From assembly GCA_049510975.1 (NCBI GenBank), contig JBEKYM010000008.1, forward strand, positions 22,297-86,296: DNA of 64,000 bases. The letters are read 5' to 3'. Origin of the DNA: Acidimicrobiales bacterium (GTDB taxonomy: Bacteria; Actinomycetota; Acidimicrobiia; Acidimicrobiales; Bog-793). A program made the translations under genes and the position numbers. Positions 49,057-58,759 of this stretch are shown one piece after another. The notes under the pieces were generated by a model. The model did not search any database. It worked only from the letters and a program-made list of their open reading frames with translations, and was not told where the DNA came from. The stretch's first letter is position 1. Each line of letters begins with the position of its first letter.

Positions 49057-50919
49057 GTGAGCCGTGGGCGGGCGGTGCGGATCGCCAACTGCTCGGGTTT
49101 CTACGGGGATCGGCTGAGCGCTCTCGCCGAGATGGTGACCGGCGGCCCTATCGACGTCGTCACCGGCGACTACCTCGCCGAGGTGACGATGCTCATCCTC
49201 GCCCGCGCTCGGTTGCGCCAGCCCGAGAGCGGATACGCGACGACGTTCCTCCGCCAGCTCGAGCCCGTCGCCGAGGCCATCGCCGACAGGGGCATCAAGG
49301 TCGTCGTGAACGCCGGCGGCCTCAACCCTGCCGGTCTAGCTGCAGCGACCCGCCAGCTCCTCGAGCGCCTCGGTGTCGAGCTCTCCGTCGCTGAGGTCGC
49401 AGGCGACGACCTCCTCGCTCGACTGCCCGAGCTGCAAGGGGCGGGTCACGGCCTCGCCCACTTGGACACCGGGCGGCCGTTCAGCGACTTCGGGCGGCAG
49501 CCCCTCACGGCCAATGCCTATCTCGGCGGGTTCGGGATCAAGGCGGCGCTCGACGGCGGCGCCGACATCGTCGTCACGGGCCGGGTGGCCGATGCCTCGC
49601 TCGTCACCGGAGTGGCCGCCTGGTGGTGGGGCTGGGACCGCCAGGATCTCGACGCCCTCGCCGGCGCGGTCGTCGCCGGCCACGTCATCGAGTGCGGGGC
49701 ACAGGCGACCGGGGGGAACTTCTCGGGCTTTCAGGACCTCGCCGACTTGCGGCATCCGGGCTTCCCGTTCTGCGAGGTCGAGCGCGACGGCTCGTCGGTC
49801 GTCGGCAAGCACGACGGCACCGGTGGCTCCGTCACAGTCGACACCGTCACCGCCCAGCTGCTGTACGAGATCGGCAGCCCTGCGTACCTGAACCCAGACG
49901 TCGTGGCGCGGATGGACTCGGTCGTGCTCACGGCCGAGGGGCCCGACCGCGTGCGCATCAGCGCCGTGGCGGGGGCGCCGCCGCCGGCGACGACGAAGGT
50001 GGCGATCTGTGCACTCGGCGGCTGGCGCAACTCCGGCACGGTCGTGCTCACCGGCCTCGACATCGATGCCAAGGCGGCGGTGTTCGAGGGGGCCGTCCGG
50101 TGGGAGCTCGAGGGTCGGGCTGGGATCGAGGATCTTCGTGTCGTCCGGATCGGCCGGGCGGCTGATGACCCGGCGGACCAGATGGAAGGCTCGTGCCTGC
50201 TCGAGGTGAGCGTCGACGGCGAGGAGGCCGCCTGCGGGCGGCCGTTCTCCTCGCTGCTCGTCGAGCTGGCGCTCGCCAACTTCCCGGGCATCTACTACAC
50301 GGGGACGCCGTCGAGCGGCTCGGCCTACGGCGCCTACTGGCCCACGCTCGTTCCTCAGCACCTGGTCGAGCACACGGTCGTGCATGCAGACGGGCGCAGC
50401 GAGACCGTGGCCGCATTCCCCGAGCTCGGCTCGGCTCCGGGCTCCGAGCCTGCCGGGACGGGGGCGGCCGGGGTGCCGGGCTCCGAGCCGGGCGGGGCGG
50501 GAGCGGCCGAGTTGCCGGGCTCCGAGCCCGACGGGGTGCCACCGGCTGAGGACGGTTGGGGGCCGACGGAGCTCGGCCCGCTCGGTCGTCTCGTGCAGGC
50601 GCGCTCGGGCGACAAGGGGGGCAACGCCAACGTCGGCCTCTGGGTGTCGGAGGCGGCCGCCTGGCCCTGGCTGGCGTCGACGCTCAGCGTCTCGCGTCTC
50701 CGAGAGCTCGCCCCGGAGCTCGCCGGCCTCGAGATCGACCGGTACGAGTTGGCGAACCTGCGGGCGCTCAACTTCGTCGTCCACGGCCTGCTCGACGGCG
50801 GGGCGACCGAAGCGCGCCGTTACGACAAGCAGGCAAAGGCCCTCGGGGAGTGGCTGCGGGCGCGTTACGTCCCCCTGCCCGTTTCGTTGCTGAAGGGGCG
50901 GCCGCCTTCTCGCGGCTAG
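49057..50919 (+). CDS. atuA: Acyclic terpene utilization AtuA family protein
   Basis: RIANCSGFYGDR, DYLAEVTM, ANAYLG, ECGAQATGGN, ARSGDKGG and DKQAKALGE. Confidence 0.88.
   Translation: MSRGRAVRIANCSGFYGDRLSALAEMVTGGPIDVVTGDYLAEVTMLILARARLRQPESGYATTFLRQLEPVAEAIADRGIKVVVNAGGLNPAGLAAATRQLLERLGVELSVAEVAGDDLLARLPELQGAGHGLAHLDTGRPFSDFGRQPLTANAYLGGFGIKAALDGGADIVVTGRVADASLVTGVAAWWWGWDRQDLDALAGAVVAGHVIECGAQATGGNFSGFQDLADLRHPGFPFCEVERDGSSVVGKHDGTGGSVTVDTVTAQLLYEIGSPAYLNPDVVARMDSVVLTAEGPDRVRISAVAGAPPPATTKVAICALGGWRNSGTVVLTGLDIDAKAAVFEGAVRWELEGRAGIEDLRVVRIGRAADDPADQMEGSCLLEVSVDGEEAACGRPFSSLLVELALANFPGIYYTGTPSSGSAYGAYWPTLVPQHLVEHTVVHADGRSETVAAFPELGSAPGSEPAGTGAAGVPGSEPGGAGAAELPGSEPDGVPPAEDGWGPTELGPLGRLVQARSGDKGGNANVGLWVSEAAAWPWLASTLSVSRLRELAPELAGLEIDRYELANLRALNFVVHGLLDGGATEARRYDKQAKALGEWLRARYVPLPVSLLKGRPPSRG
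50437..50529 (+). repeat. 39-bp in-frame repeat in the AtuA interdomain linker (PGSEP x3)
   Basis: CCGGGCTCCGAGCC begins at 50437, 50476 and 50515. Confidence 0.75.
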
Positions 50920-50933
50920 CCGTCGATCGTGGC

Positions 50934-52541
50934 TCAGCCGCCCTGCAGCGCGAGCGCCGCCTTCAGGACCGGCAGCAGCACTGGCCCGGCAACAGTTGCT
51001 CCGGTCGGGCTGTAGATGCCGCTCGAGCACTCGGCCTGGGTGACCGGCAGCATCGCCGCCACCGCCACCGTTGGCGTCTGGCCCTTGGCAGCGGGGCCGA
51101 GGGCGATGAGCCAGTTGTAGGTCCCACAGGTGTTCGAGGTGGGTTCCGCCGTACCCGTCTTGGCGGCGATGGTGGGGCCGCCGCCGGCGTACCAGCTGGC
51201 GAAGAGGCCCTGTGCCGTCGCCCCGGGCACGAGGGTGACGCCGGTCATGAGCTGGCGTACCTGCTCAGCGGTTGCCGCCGACGTGGCCCGCTTCCACATG
51301 TGAGGGTGGTAGACGAACTCGGTGTGCCCGTATGGGTTGACGGCCCGGTCGACGACGTGGGGGGCCATGATGACGCCGTTGTCGGCGATCGCCGAAGCCA
51401 CCATCGCCATCTCGAGCACGGTCGCACCGTCGTCGAACTGGCCGATGGCCGTGTAGCCGATGTAGGGAAGGGCATTGCCGACGGCCGATGCGGGGGCGAT
51501 CAGTGACGGTTGGGCGTTCGGCAGGTCGATCGGCGGGATGGCGTTCGGGCCGTCGCAGACGTTCTGCTCGGTCGCCAGCCCGGCGCAGAAGCCGAAGGCC
51601 TCCGCCTCCTCGGAGAGCGATTGGTAGCCGAGCTCGTCACCCACGCGCACGTAGGCGATGTCGCACGAGTAGGCCAGGATCGTGGGGAGGTAACCGGGAC
51701 TGCCTGGGCAGGTTCCGCCGCCGTAGTTGTGGAACACCGGGGACCCGGGCGAGTGCGGGAACGTGTAGGTCGCCTGTGGCTGGAAGACCTGGTGCTCGAT
51801 CGCCGGGTCATGGTCGAAGACGGCCGAGGTCGTGATCACCTTCATGGTGGAGCCCGGCGGCTCTCGCTGCTGGATGGCGAAGTTCGTCCGCGGGTCGAGG
51901 CCGGTGTTGACGCCGAGCTTGTAGTCGCGCTCGGCGAGCTTGTTGACGGCGGCGGGGTTGTGGACGGCGAAGGTGTTCGGGTTGTAGTTCGGGTATCCGT
52001 ACATGGCAAGGACGGCGCCGGTGCGGGGGTTGAGGACGACGATGGAGCCGCGGTCCTTGGCCGGCGAGGCGTCGAGGGAGGCCATGGCGGCCGCTTGCAG
52101 TTTCTCCGAGAGCGTCAGGTAGACGTTGTCGGTCTCGTCGTGGTGTCCGAGCACGGCTCCGAGCGAGCCGGCCGGCGCCGGGTGCTCGGCGAGGTAGCTG
52201 TTGTAGCTCGCCTCGAGGCCGGTGTACGCGTCGACGGCGTTGGAGAAGTAGCCGGTGATGTCGGAGAACATGCGGGCCGTCAGCTTCGGGTAGACGCGCT
52301 GGTAGCCGAAGACGGACTTCGTCGGTCGAGAGTAGGCAAGGACGACGCCGTCGGCGCTGATGATCTCGCCCCGGGCTTCGGGGAACGTCGACGGCAGCGT
52401 CGTCGTCGTCTGGAAGAACGGGTTGTTGCTGATGGCGGACGACTCGCGGACCTGCAGGTTGTTCATCTGTACGAAGAGCACGATGAAACACAGGAGCAGG
52501 ACGAGGCCCACACCCGTCACCCTTCGGTCGATCGACGGCAA
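50934..52541 (-). CDS. Class B penicillin-binding protein (PbpA-like)
   Basis: N-terminal TM segment, RGEI, GLEASYN, STMK, SCD and KTGTAE. Confidence 0.87.
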   Translation of the reverse strand: MPSIDRRVTGVGLVLLLCFIVLFVQMNNLQVRESSAISNNPFFQTTTTLPSTFPEARGEIISADGVVLAYSRPTKSVFGYQRVYPKLTARMFSDITGYFSNAVDAYTGLEASYNSYLAEHPAPAGSLGAVLGHHDETDNVYLTLSEKLQAAAMASLDASPAKDRGSIVVLNPRTGAVLAMYGYPNYNPNTFAVHNPAAVNKLAERDYKLGVNTGLDPRTNFAIQQREPPGSTMKVITTSAVFDHDPAIEHQVFQPQATYTFPHSPGSPVFHNYGGGTCPGSPGYLPTILAYSCDIAYVRVGDELGYQSLSEEAEAFGFCAGLATEQNVCDGPNAIPPIDLPNAQPSLIAPASAVGNALPYIGYTAIGQFDDGATVLEMAMVASAIADNGVIMAPHVVDRAVNPYGHTEFVYHPHMWKRATSAATAEQVRQLMTGVTLVPGATAQGLFASWYAGGGPTIAAKTGTAEPTSNTCGTYNWLIALGPAAKGQTPTVAVAAMLPVTQAECSSGIYSPTGATVAGPVLLPVLKAALALQGG

Positions 52542-52712
52542 CCCTGCACCTCTCCAGTCGGCTGGCGGGACGCCCCCAGTGTTCCACGCCGGTAACTCAG
52601 GCCGGCGTCACCGGGTCGTCCCGAAGGCTCTGGGATTCGAAGTCGTCCGGCCCAGGCTCATGGCTCGCCGACAGGCCCGGTGCGGCCGCAATCGGTTCCC
52701 TAGACTGGCGCC

Positions 52713-53177
52713 ATGAACGCCGGCGACCTTGCACCCGATTTCGAGCTGCCTGCTGACGACGGCAGCACGATCCGGCTCTCCGATCAGCTCGCCAAGGGCA
52801 GGGTCGTCCTGTTCTTCTACCCGAAGGCCATGACGCCGGGGTGCACGGCCGAGAGCTGCAGCTTCCGCGACCGCGGGCAGGATTTCTCGGACCTCGGAGC
52901 GCTCCGGCTCGGGGTCAGCCTCGACTCGGTGGACAAGCAGCACCAGTTCTCCACCAAGCACTCCTTCGACTTCCCGCTGCTGTCGGACCAGGGCGGCGCC
53001 GTCGCCCGCCAGTTCGGCGTGAAGCGGGCATTGCTGCCGGTCACGAAACGAGCCACGTTCGTCATCGACACCGATCGCACGGTGCTGGCCGTCATCCAGA
53101 GCGAGTTCGACACCGACCGCCACAGCGCCGAGGCACTCGAGGTCCTGCGGTCGAAGGCGGGCGCCGGCGCCGGCTGA
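52713..53177 (+). CDS. bcp: Peroxiredoxin, BCP/PrxQ family
   Basis: APDFEL, FFYPKAMTPGCTAESC, FPLLSD and RATFVID; TAGACT -10 element 6 nt before ATG. Confidence 0.9.
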   Translation: MNAGDLAPDFELPADDGSTIRLSDQLAKGRVVLFFYPKAMTPGCTAESCSFRDRGQDFSDLGALRLGVSLDSVDKQHQFSTKHSFDFPLLSDQGGAVARQFGVKRALLPVTKRATFVIDTDRTVLAVIQSEFDTDRHSAEALEVLRSKAGAGAG

Positions 53178-53197
53178 ACGGCGACGCCCGGCCGCGC

Positions 53198-53224
53198 GCA
53201 ATCCCGACAGTCTCCTTGCCCGTA
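53198..53224 (+). promoter_or_regulatory. Possible ECF-sigma promoter for the COG4315 gene
   Basis: GCAATCC-N16-CGTA, about 55 nt upstream of ATG 53280. Confidence 0.3.
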
Positions 53225-53279
53225 GCACTGTGAGCCGGCGTGCACGGAGCCGCGGCCGCGTATTTGGGGAGGACACCAC

Positions 53280-53804
53280 ATGACCAGCCAAGCCACCACC
53301 GACGCACCCGATCGGCGGCCTGAGGTTCTGCGCACGGCGCGACGGCGGACGGCTCGCATCGCCGTGGCCGTGCTCGCCGCAGCCGGCGTCGTCGCGGGTC
53401 TCGCTGCCCCGGCCGCAATGGCGGCGCCGGCTCGCCATGCCACGGTGCACGTGGCGACCCCTGCGACGAAGACACCCATCGTGGTGAAGGCCGCCACGCG
53501 GAAGGGTTTTGGCAAGATTCTCGTGACGGCGAAAGGCGGAGCGCTCTACCGGGACACGAACGACGGGCCGAACGACCCGACGTGCACGGGGTCGTGCGCC
53601 AGCATCTGGCCCCCCTTGGTGTTGCCTGCCGGCGACACCACACCGAAGGGCGGCAAAGGCGTGACGGGGCTCGGCACGGTCAAGCTCGCCAACGGCGACC
53701 TGCAAGTGACCTACAACACCGAGCCGCTGTACACCTTCGTCGGTGACTCCGGAAAGAGCGTGAACGGCAACGGAGACGGCCCCTTCCTCGTCGTGCCGGC
53801 GTGA
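53280..53804 (+). CDS. Secreted protein with Yx(FWY)xxD repeats (COG4315)
   Basis: Signal peptide; LYRDTND...CTGSCASIWPP, QVTYN..PLYTFVGD and NG; GGAGG RBS. Confidence 0.85.
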   Translation: MTSQATTDAPDRRPEVLRTARRRTARIAVAVLAAAGVVAGLAAPAAMAAPARHATVHVATPATKTPIVVKAATRKGFGKILVTAKGGALYRDTNDGPNDPTCTGSCASIWPPLVLPAGDTTPKGGKGVTGLGTVKLANGDLQVTYNTEPLYTFVGDSGKSVNGNGDGPFLVVPA

Positions 53805-53863
53805 GCCGGCGGGTACTGGCCTGACCGCTCGATCTGCGGTGGGTGGGTGAGCAGGGGAGCCGC

Positions 53864-54313
53864 CTAACCGGCGGAACCGGGGCCGGCGGCGGAGCCGGCA
53901 CCGGTGCCGGTTGCGGCCGTCCACTGCCCGTACGGCAGCCCGTCGGGGATCTGCCAGAAACTCCGCGTGTGCGTGGACCCATCCTCGCCGAAGCGGTAGA
54001 GATCCACGCTGTCGATCACGACCGAGCGCCCCCTCACGGTGCCCTCGTTGCGGCAGACGGCGGCGGCCTCGTTCCCACACACGATGATCCGCTCGACGGT
54101 GATGTAGAGACGGTCGGTTCCGGTCCGGTCCCACACCTCGGCGAGGATGTCCCAGCCGTGCTTGGCGGGCGTGCCGATGGGGTCCTCCAAGGTGTGGAGA
54201 CCGGGCGTGACCGACTTCCAGTGCGCCAGCCACCCGTCCCGGTCGTCGGCGTTCCACAGCTCGTAGCTGCGCCCGACGATCCGGGCGATCTCGTCGCCTG
54301 AGGGCACTGTCAT
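53864..54313 (-). CDS. SnoaL/NTF2-like (ketosteroid isomerase-like) protein
   Basis: LEDPIGTP..HG, CGNEAA and DLYRFGEDG...RSFW. Confidence 0.75.
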   Translation of the reverse strand: MTVPSGDEIARIVGRSYELWNADDRDGWLAHWKSVTPGLHTLEDPIGTPAKHGWDILAEVWDRTGTDRLYITVERIIVCGNEAAAVCRNEGTVRGRSVVIDSVDLYRFGEDGSTHTRSFWQIPDGLPYGQWTAATGTGAGSAAGPGSAG

Positions 54314-54358
54314 GGCTTTCTCCTTCATCGTGAGCCCGGACGGCCGATAATTTCAGCT

Positions 54359-54820
54359 GTGAAAGTCGGCACCGACGAGGCAGGACGACGCAGGGCGCCC
54401 TCGGAGCCGGATCGCGCTCGTGCGATCGCCACGATACGAGCCTGTGGAACCCACGGCCTGCTCAGCAACCGGCAGGTGGACGAGCAACTCGAACATGCCT
54501 TCCGGGCCAAGACCGTGGCGGAGCTCGACGCCGTCCTGGGGGCCCTCCCGCGCTCTCCGCACGTCGCCGCCGGCGTCGTGATGGCCCACGGGCTCCCCAT
54601 TGTCGCCCCGGCCCCGCCGAAGCCCTGGTGGCACGGGATCGTGGCGTGGGCGGTCGCTGTCAACGTCCTCTGGGTCGTCGTGTGGTTCATCACCGGGGGA
54701 CCAGTGGGCTGGCTGGTGCTGGCGGTCGCCTCGTCAGGCATCGCTTTCACGGTCCGGTTCGCCTCGCGCCACCGCCGCCACGTCAGCGGCAAGGCGCCGC
54801 GGCGCCGGCGGAGGTACTGA
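54359..54820 (+). CDS. DUF1707 (SHOCT-like) membrane protein
   Basis: PSEPDRARAIATI...G.L...AFRAKTVAELDAVLGALP plus two TM helices. Confidence 0.7.
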   Translation: MKVGTDEAGRRRAPSEPDRARAIATIRACGTHGLLSNRQVDEQLEHAFRAKTVAELDAVLGALPRSPHVAAGVVMAHGLPIVAPAPPKPWWHGIVAWAVAVNVLWVVVWFITGGPVGWLVLAVASSGIAFTVRFASRHRRHVSGKAPRRRRRY

Positions 54821-54867
54821 GGCAGCCCGGCGGCACAGCGAAGCGTCGCTCGGCGGCGGCCCTTACC

Positions 54868-55305
54868 TCAATGCTCCTCGCGTACCACCAGTACCGGGCA
54901 GTGGGAGTGATGGACGCACTGGCTGGACACCGATCCCATGACGAGCCCCATGAAACCGCCGAGACCCCGCGATCCGACCACGAGCAACGTGGCCTCCCGG
55001 CTCGCCTCGATCAACACCTCGGCCGGGTTCCCCGGCACGCCGATGTAGTCCACGGCGAGGCCCTCGACCGACGGCCCGGCGGCGGCGACTCGTTGCAGCA
55101 GCTCTTTGGCATCGGCTTCGAGGTGGGCATACAGCTCGTCGCCGGTCGAGCCGGTGAGGGCGGACAGGACCGGGTAGGCGTGCACGACGTGGAGTCGAGC
55201 GCCGCGTAGCCGGGCTTCTTCGACGGCAAACGCGAGAGCGGTGGCAGCCTCGGGCGAGCCGTCCACGCCGACGAGGATCAGCGGCGATGTCGGGGCATCG
55301 GTCAT
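54868..55305 (-). CDS. Universal stress protein
   Basis: ILVGVDGS, LLVVGSRGLGGF..LVMGSVS and CPVLVV. Confidence 0.92.
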   Translation of the reverse strand: MTDAPTSPLILVGVDGSPEAATALAFAVEEARLRGARLHVVHAYPVLSALTGSTGDELYAHLEADAKELLQRVAAAGPSVEGLAVDYIGVPGNPAEVLIEASREATLLVVGSRGLGGFMGLVMGSVSSQCVHHSHCPVLVVREEH

Positions 55306-55451
55306 GGGCAGCTCACTCCTTTGTGTGGCCGCCGGCGGTCGGCAGCAGTGGTCAGTGCTCCCATTCCAGCATGCGGGCAGGTGCGGCGCTCGGGGACAGG
55401 AGCGGCCGCCGAGGACTGCGGACCGCGACGCACCGGCCCGGTGGGGAGTTG

Positions 55452-55476
55452 CGGGCCGGGATGACGCCCCGGCCCG
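55452..55476 (-). terminator. Hairpin downstream of the secreted Cys-rich gene
   Basis: 9-bp stem CGGGCCGGG-N7-CCCGGCCCG, just after the stop at 55482. Confidence 0.45.
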
Positions 55477-55481
55477 TCAGC

Positions 55482-56372
55482 TCACGGCGTGCGGGCTCCG
55501 GCCTGTCGCGGACCGGCGGGGGCGTTGGCGTACTGCAGCAGCGTGGCGATGTAGTCGTTGGTGTTCTCGGTGACACCGTCGTTCGGGTCGCTGGGGTCCG
55601 GTACGCAGACGTAGACCACACAGGAATACTGGAACTCGATGGGCAGCACGACGAAGGCGCAGTAGCCCGGGATGGCTCCTTCGGCGATGTTGGCGGCGCT
55701 CGGCGGGCAGTCGACGCCGGCGGTGCCCGGGTTGAAGGGCGTCGTGGTGCCGGTCTCCTCGACCGGGCCGTAGGCGGTGCCCTTCGGGTGCCCGAGCTTC
55801 CAGGTCTCGGTCCAGCCGTTGATGCCCGCCCCGTCCGTGGCGCAATTCAGCGTCCCCGGCAGACCGCCGAAGATCGACCCGAGCGTCTTCACCGTCGTGC
55901 ACTGGTTGTAGGACGTCCCGTGGTAGTCCGGGGCGTTGTTGGGCCCGGAGTTGTAGTCCGACAGCACGACGATGTTGTTGAGGTCGCAGTCGCTCTGGCC
56001 CGTGGCGATGTCAGTGGCGGCAAGCGTGCTGCAGAAGAGGCCGGCTACCCAGAAGCCGGCGTTGCAGGTTCCAAACAGGGTTGGGCAGTCGGCCGGCGTC
56101 ACCGGGCACTGCGAGCTCGACGGCGAGCCGAGCCAGTCGGTCTTGAGCGTCAAGGTCTCGCCGCCGCTCAGGTTGGTGGACGGCGAGATGTTCACGTGCC
56201 CGCAGGCCTTGTTGCCGATGCTGATGGAGTGGGCCGGCCTGACCGCCGTGCTCGCACCGGCCGGCGAGGCGGTCGCCGAGGCGATGGCGATCATGCCGAT
56301 CCCGAGACAGCTCGCCAAACCGACCGTTCGCACCAGCTGTGTTGCGCGCCTGCGTGTGCCACACGACGACAT
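55482..56372 (-). CDS. Secreted Cys-rich protein, possibly neocarzinostatin-apoprotein-like fold
   Basis: Signal peptide; ISPSTNLSGGETLTL and VDCPP...C motifs; 12 Cys in the mature region; GAGGGG RBS. Confidence 0.6.
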   Translation of the reverse strand: MSSCGTRRRATQLVRTVGLASCLGIGMIAIASATASPAGASTAVRPAHSISIGNKACGHVNISPSTNLSGGETLTLKTDWLGSPSSSQCPVTPADCPTLFGTCNAGFWVAGLFCSTLAATDIATGQSDCDLNNIVVLSDYNSGPNNAPDYHGTSYNQCTTVKTLGSIFGGLPGTLNCATDGAGINGWTETWKLGHPKGTAYGPVEETGTTTPFNPGTAGVDCPPSAANIAEGAIPGYCAFVVLPIEFQYSCVVYVCVPDPSDPNDGVTENTNDYIATLLQYANAPAGPRQAGARTP

Positions 56373-56518
56373 GAGTTCCCCCTCTGTGCCCTAGCAGCTC
56401 GTCGCCCGGTGTCCCCGGGTGCGCTGCGTAGCTTACCAACCGGTCACCTACGGTGCCAGGGTCCTGCCACATCGTCGCAGCCGGCCGAGCCGATGCATCG
56501 GCGGCGTAGTGTCGGGCC

Positions 56519-57715
56519 ATGAAGGCGCTCGTCTTCCACCACCAGCTCGCTCGCGAGGCGGCGGCGAAGATCACCGGCACGTTCGACAAGCGCGGCTTCG
56601 TCGCTCGCTACGGCCCGGTGAGCCTCGACGACGTGGCCGAGCCGGCGATCCCGGGACCGGGATGGGTGACGTGCGACACCATCGTGAGCGGGCTGTGCGG
56701 CTCCGACGCCAAGCAGATCCTGTTGAACGGATCGCGCGACAACCCGCTCACGGCGTTGCTCAGCTTCCCGCACGTCCTCGGCCACGAGGCCGTCGCCCGT
56801 CGCAGCGACACGGGGGAGCGCGTCGTGCTCAACCCGTGGTTGTCCTGCGGCCCCCGCGGGATCGACCCGCCCTGCCGGGCGTGCGAGCAGGGCCGCTACC
56901 CGTGGTGCCGGAACTTCACCCGCGGGATGATCCCGCCGGCGTTGCACCTCGGCAACTGCGCCGGGGCGGCGGGGGCGCATGCGGAGCGTTTCGCCGCTCA
57001 CGAGGGCCAGCTCTTCGCCGTCCCCGAAGATGTCCCTGACGAGGTCGCCGTGCTGGCGGATCCGGTCAGCGTCTCGTTGCGCACGATCCTGCTGCACCCG
57101 CCCACCGCCGGCCTGCCGGCAGTCGTGTACGGCTCGGGCACGCTGGCCTTTGCCGCAGTCGCCCTCGTGCGCCTGCTCTACCCGGACACCGAGGTCTGGG
57201 CGGTCACCCGGTCCGGCCCGCGGGCGGAGATGGCCGAGCGCATGGGCGCCCACGCCGTGCTCCCCTCCGACCCCGACGCCCTCGTCGCCGCAGTCGCCGA
57301 CCGGATGGGCCTGAAGACGCTCGTTCCGTGGAGCGGCCGGGAGTGGCTGCAGGACGGGCCGTCGGTCGTCTACGACACGATCGGGTCGATCGAGACGGTG
57401 GAGACGTCGCTGCGGATCCTCGATACCGGCGGGACGCTCGTGGTCAGTGGCGTGGAGCCGCCCGGTCGCTTCGAGTGGACGCCGCTGTACTTCAAGGAGC
57501 TGCGTGTGATCGGATCGAACGCCTTCGGCCTCGAGGAGGTCGGAGGCGTCCGCAAGCACGCCTTCGAGCACTACTTCGACTGGGTGGCGGGCGGCCTCGA
57601 CTTGAGCCCGCTCGTCACGCACCGGTTCGCCCTCGACGAGTGGGACACGGCCGTGCTCACGGCCGCGCAGGCGAGCAAGACGGGAGCGATCAAGGTCGTC
57701 CTGCGCCCGTCTTAG
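56519..57715 (+). CDS. Zinc-binding dehydrogenase (MDR family)
   Basis: GLCGSD, LGHE, structural-Zn Cys cluster (SCG...CRAC...C) and YGSGTL; TAGTGT -10 element 6 nt before ATG. Confidence 0.87.
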   Translation: MKALVFHHQLAREAAAKITGTFDKRGFVARYGPVSLDDVAEPAIPGPGWVTCDTIVSGLCGSDAKQILLNGSRDNPLTALLSFPHVLGHEAVARRSDTGERVVLNPWLSCGPRGIDPPCRACEQGRYPWCRNFTRGMIPPALHLGNCAGAAGAHAERFAAHEGQLFAVPEDVPDEVAVLADPVSVSLRTILLHPPTAGLPAVVYGSGTLAFAAVALVRLLYPDTEVWAVTRSGPRAEMAERMGAHAVLPSDPDALVAAVADRMGLKTLVPWSGREWLQDGPSVVYDTIGSIETVETSLRILDTGGTLVVSGVEPPGRFEWTPLYFKELRVIGSNAFGLEEVGGVRKHAFEHYFDWVAGGLDLSPLVTHRFALDEWDTAVLTAAQASKTGAIKVVLRPS

Positions 57716-57736
57716 CCCGAGGCGTGCTGCGCCCGC

Positions 57737-58258
57737 TCAGGGTCGAATGGGTGGCAGGCCGAGCTTGCGGTGATCCCAGCTGACGGTCCGCTCGACGTGC
57801 AGCTTCACGACGACCCGCTTGGCCAGCATCGTCTCCACGAACGGCAGCATCTCGTCGGTGTACGGGGCGTAGTACCGGCTGAAGACGCTCTTTCCGAGCT
57901 CGAGCAGGCGTTCGGGATCCTCGACGATCTCCGCCCGGCCCACGAGCTCGACCCCGCGCAGCTCGTCGTAGTGGTCGCCGTCCTCGAACATCACCGTGAG
58001 GCGCGGGTCCCGCCGGAGGTTCTGAGCCTTCTGGGACTTCGCCTTGGTCTCGATGGCCACGCACCCCTCGAGGAAGCCGTACCACATCGCCACGGCGTGG
58101 ATGCTCCCGTCATGGTTGAGCGTGCACATCGTCATCGGCCTGCGCTCCTCGAGGAATGCCGCCACCTCGTCCGGCGTCATCTTGATCTGCGCACGCTGGT
58201 TCACTCCGCCGCCCATGCCGAGCGGGTGGACTTCCGGGCCTGCTTGCTCATTGGTCAC
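57737..58258 (-). CDS. PPOX-class (F420-dependent) oxidoreductase
   Basis: NQRAQIKMT, DGSIHAVAMWY, KSQKAQNLRRDP, YDELRGV and SWDHRKL; GTG start overlaps the upstream stop. Confidence 0.87.
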   Translation of the reverse strand: MTNEQAGPEVHPLGMGGGVNQRAQIKMTPDEVAAFLEERRPMTMCTLNHDGSIHAVAMWYGFLEGCVAIETKAKSQKAQNLRRDPRLTVMFEDGDHYDELRGVELVGRAEIVEDPERLLELGKSVFSRYYAPYTDEMLPFVETMLAKRVVVKLHVERTVSWDHRKLGLPPIRP

Positions 58259-58686
58259 GTCGCTTCCTTCCTCTTGTTGAACCGGAGCCCCGACCAGTCC
58301 GAGTCGATGGCACACACTTTGAAATCGACGAGGCCATGGGCGATGGCCGCGCGACGAACGACGACGTCCGACAAGTCGGAGGCGAGCGGCGACGTCCGCT
58401 TCGGCCAGGCGATCCACAGCCCGCTGTTGGCGCCTCGCGGAGCCATGAAGGCGATGCGGCGCTCCAGGGCCGAGCAGGATCGGACGAACCAGACCGTGAG
58501 ATCCGCCTTGGACCGCGAACCGCGCCGGATCGTCGCACCCGCCGGCAGCTCACCGAGATCGAAACCCTCCGGCGCCTCCAGCAAACTCACGACGGACCCC
58601 TCGCGCACACCGAGCTTGCGCCAGAGCGGCGGACCCGGACGCTGCCCGGCACCGCTGCCGGCAGCAGGGTTCTGGGCCGCACACAT
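58255..58686 (-). CDS. DUF3052-like protein
   Basis: LWRKLGV, LWIAWPKR and GLVDFKVCAIDSDWSGLRF. Confidence 0.78.
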   Translation of the reverse strand: MCAAQNPAAGSGAGQRPGPPLWRKLGVREGSVVSLLEAPEGFDLGELPAGATIRRGSRSKADLTVWFVRSCSALERRIAFMAPRGANSGLWIAWPKRTSPLASDLSDVVVRRAAIAHGLVDFKVCAIDSDWSGLRFNKRKEAT

Positions 58687-58759
58687 GGCCCGCATGATGA
58701 CATGTTGCAGCAGGTCGCGGCCGCTGACCGCCTCCGGTGACCTAAAATGCCCGGACCTC

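Noticed and set aside
50934-52541. SxD instead of SxN in the PBP active site
   Set aside because: SxD is a known variant in class B PBPs such as E. coli PBP2, so it is not evidence of inactivation or novelty.
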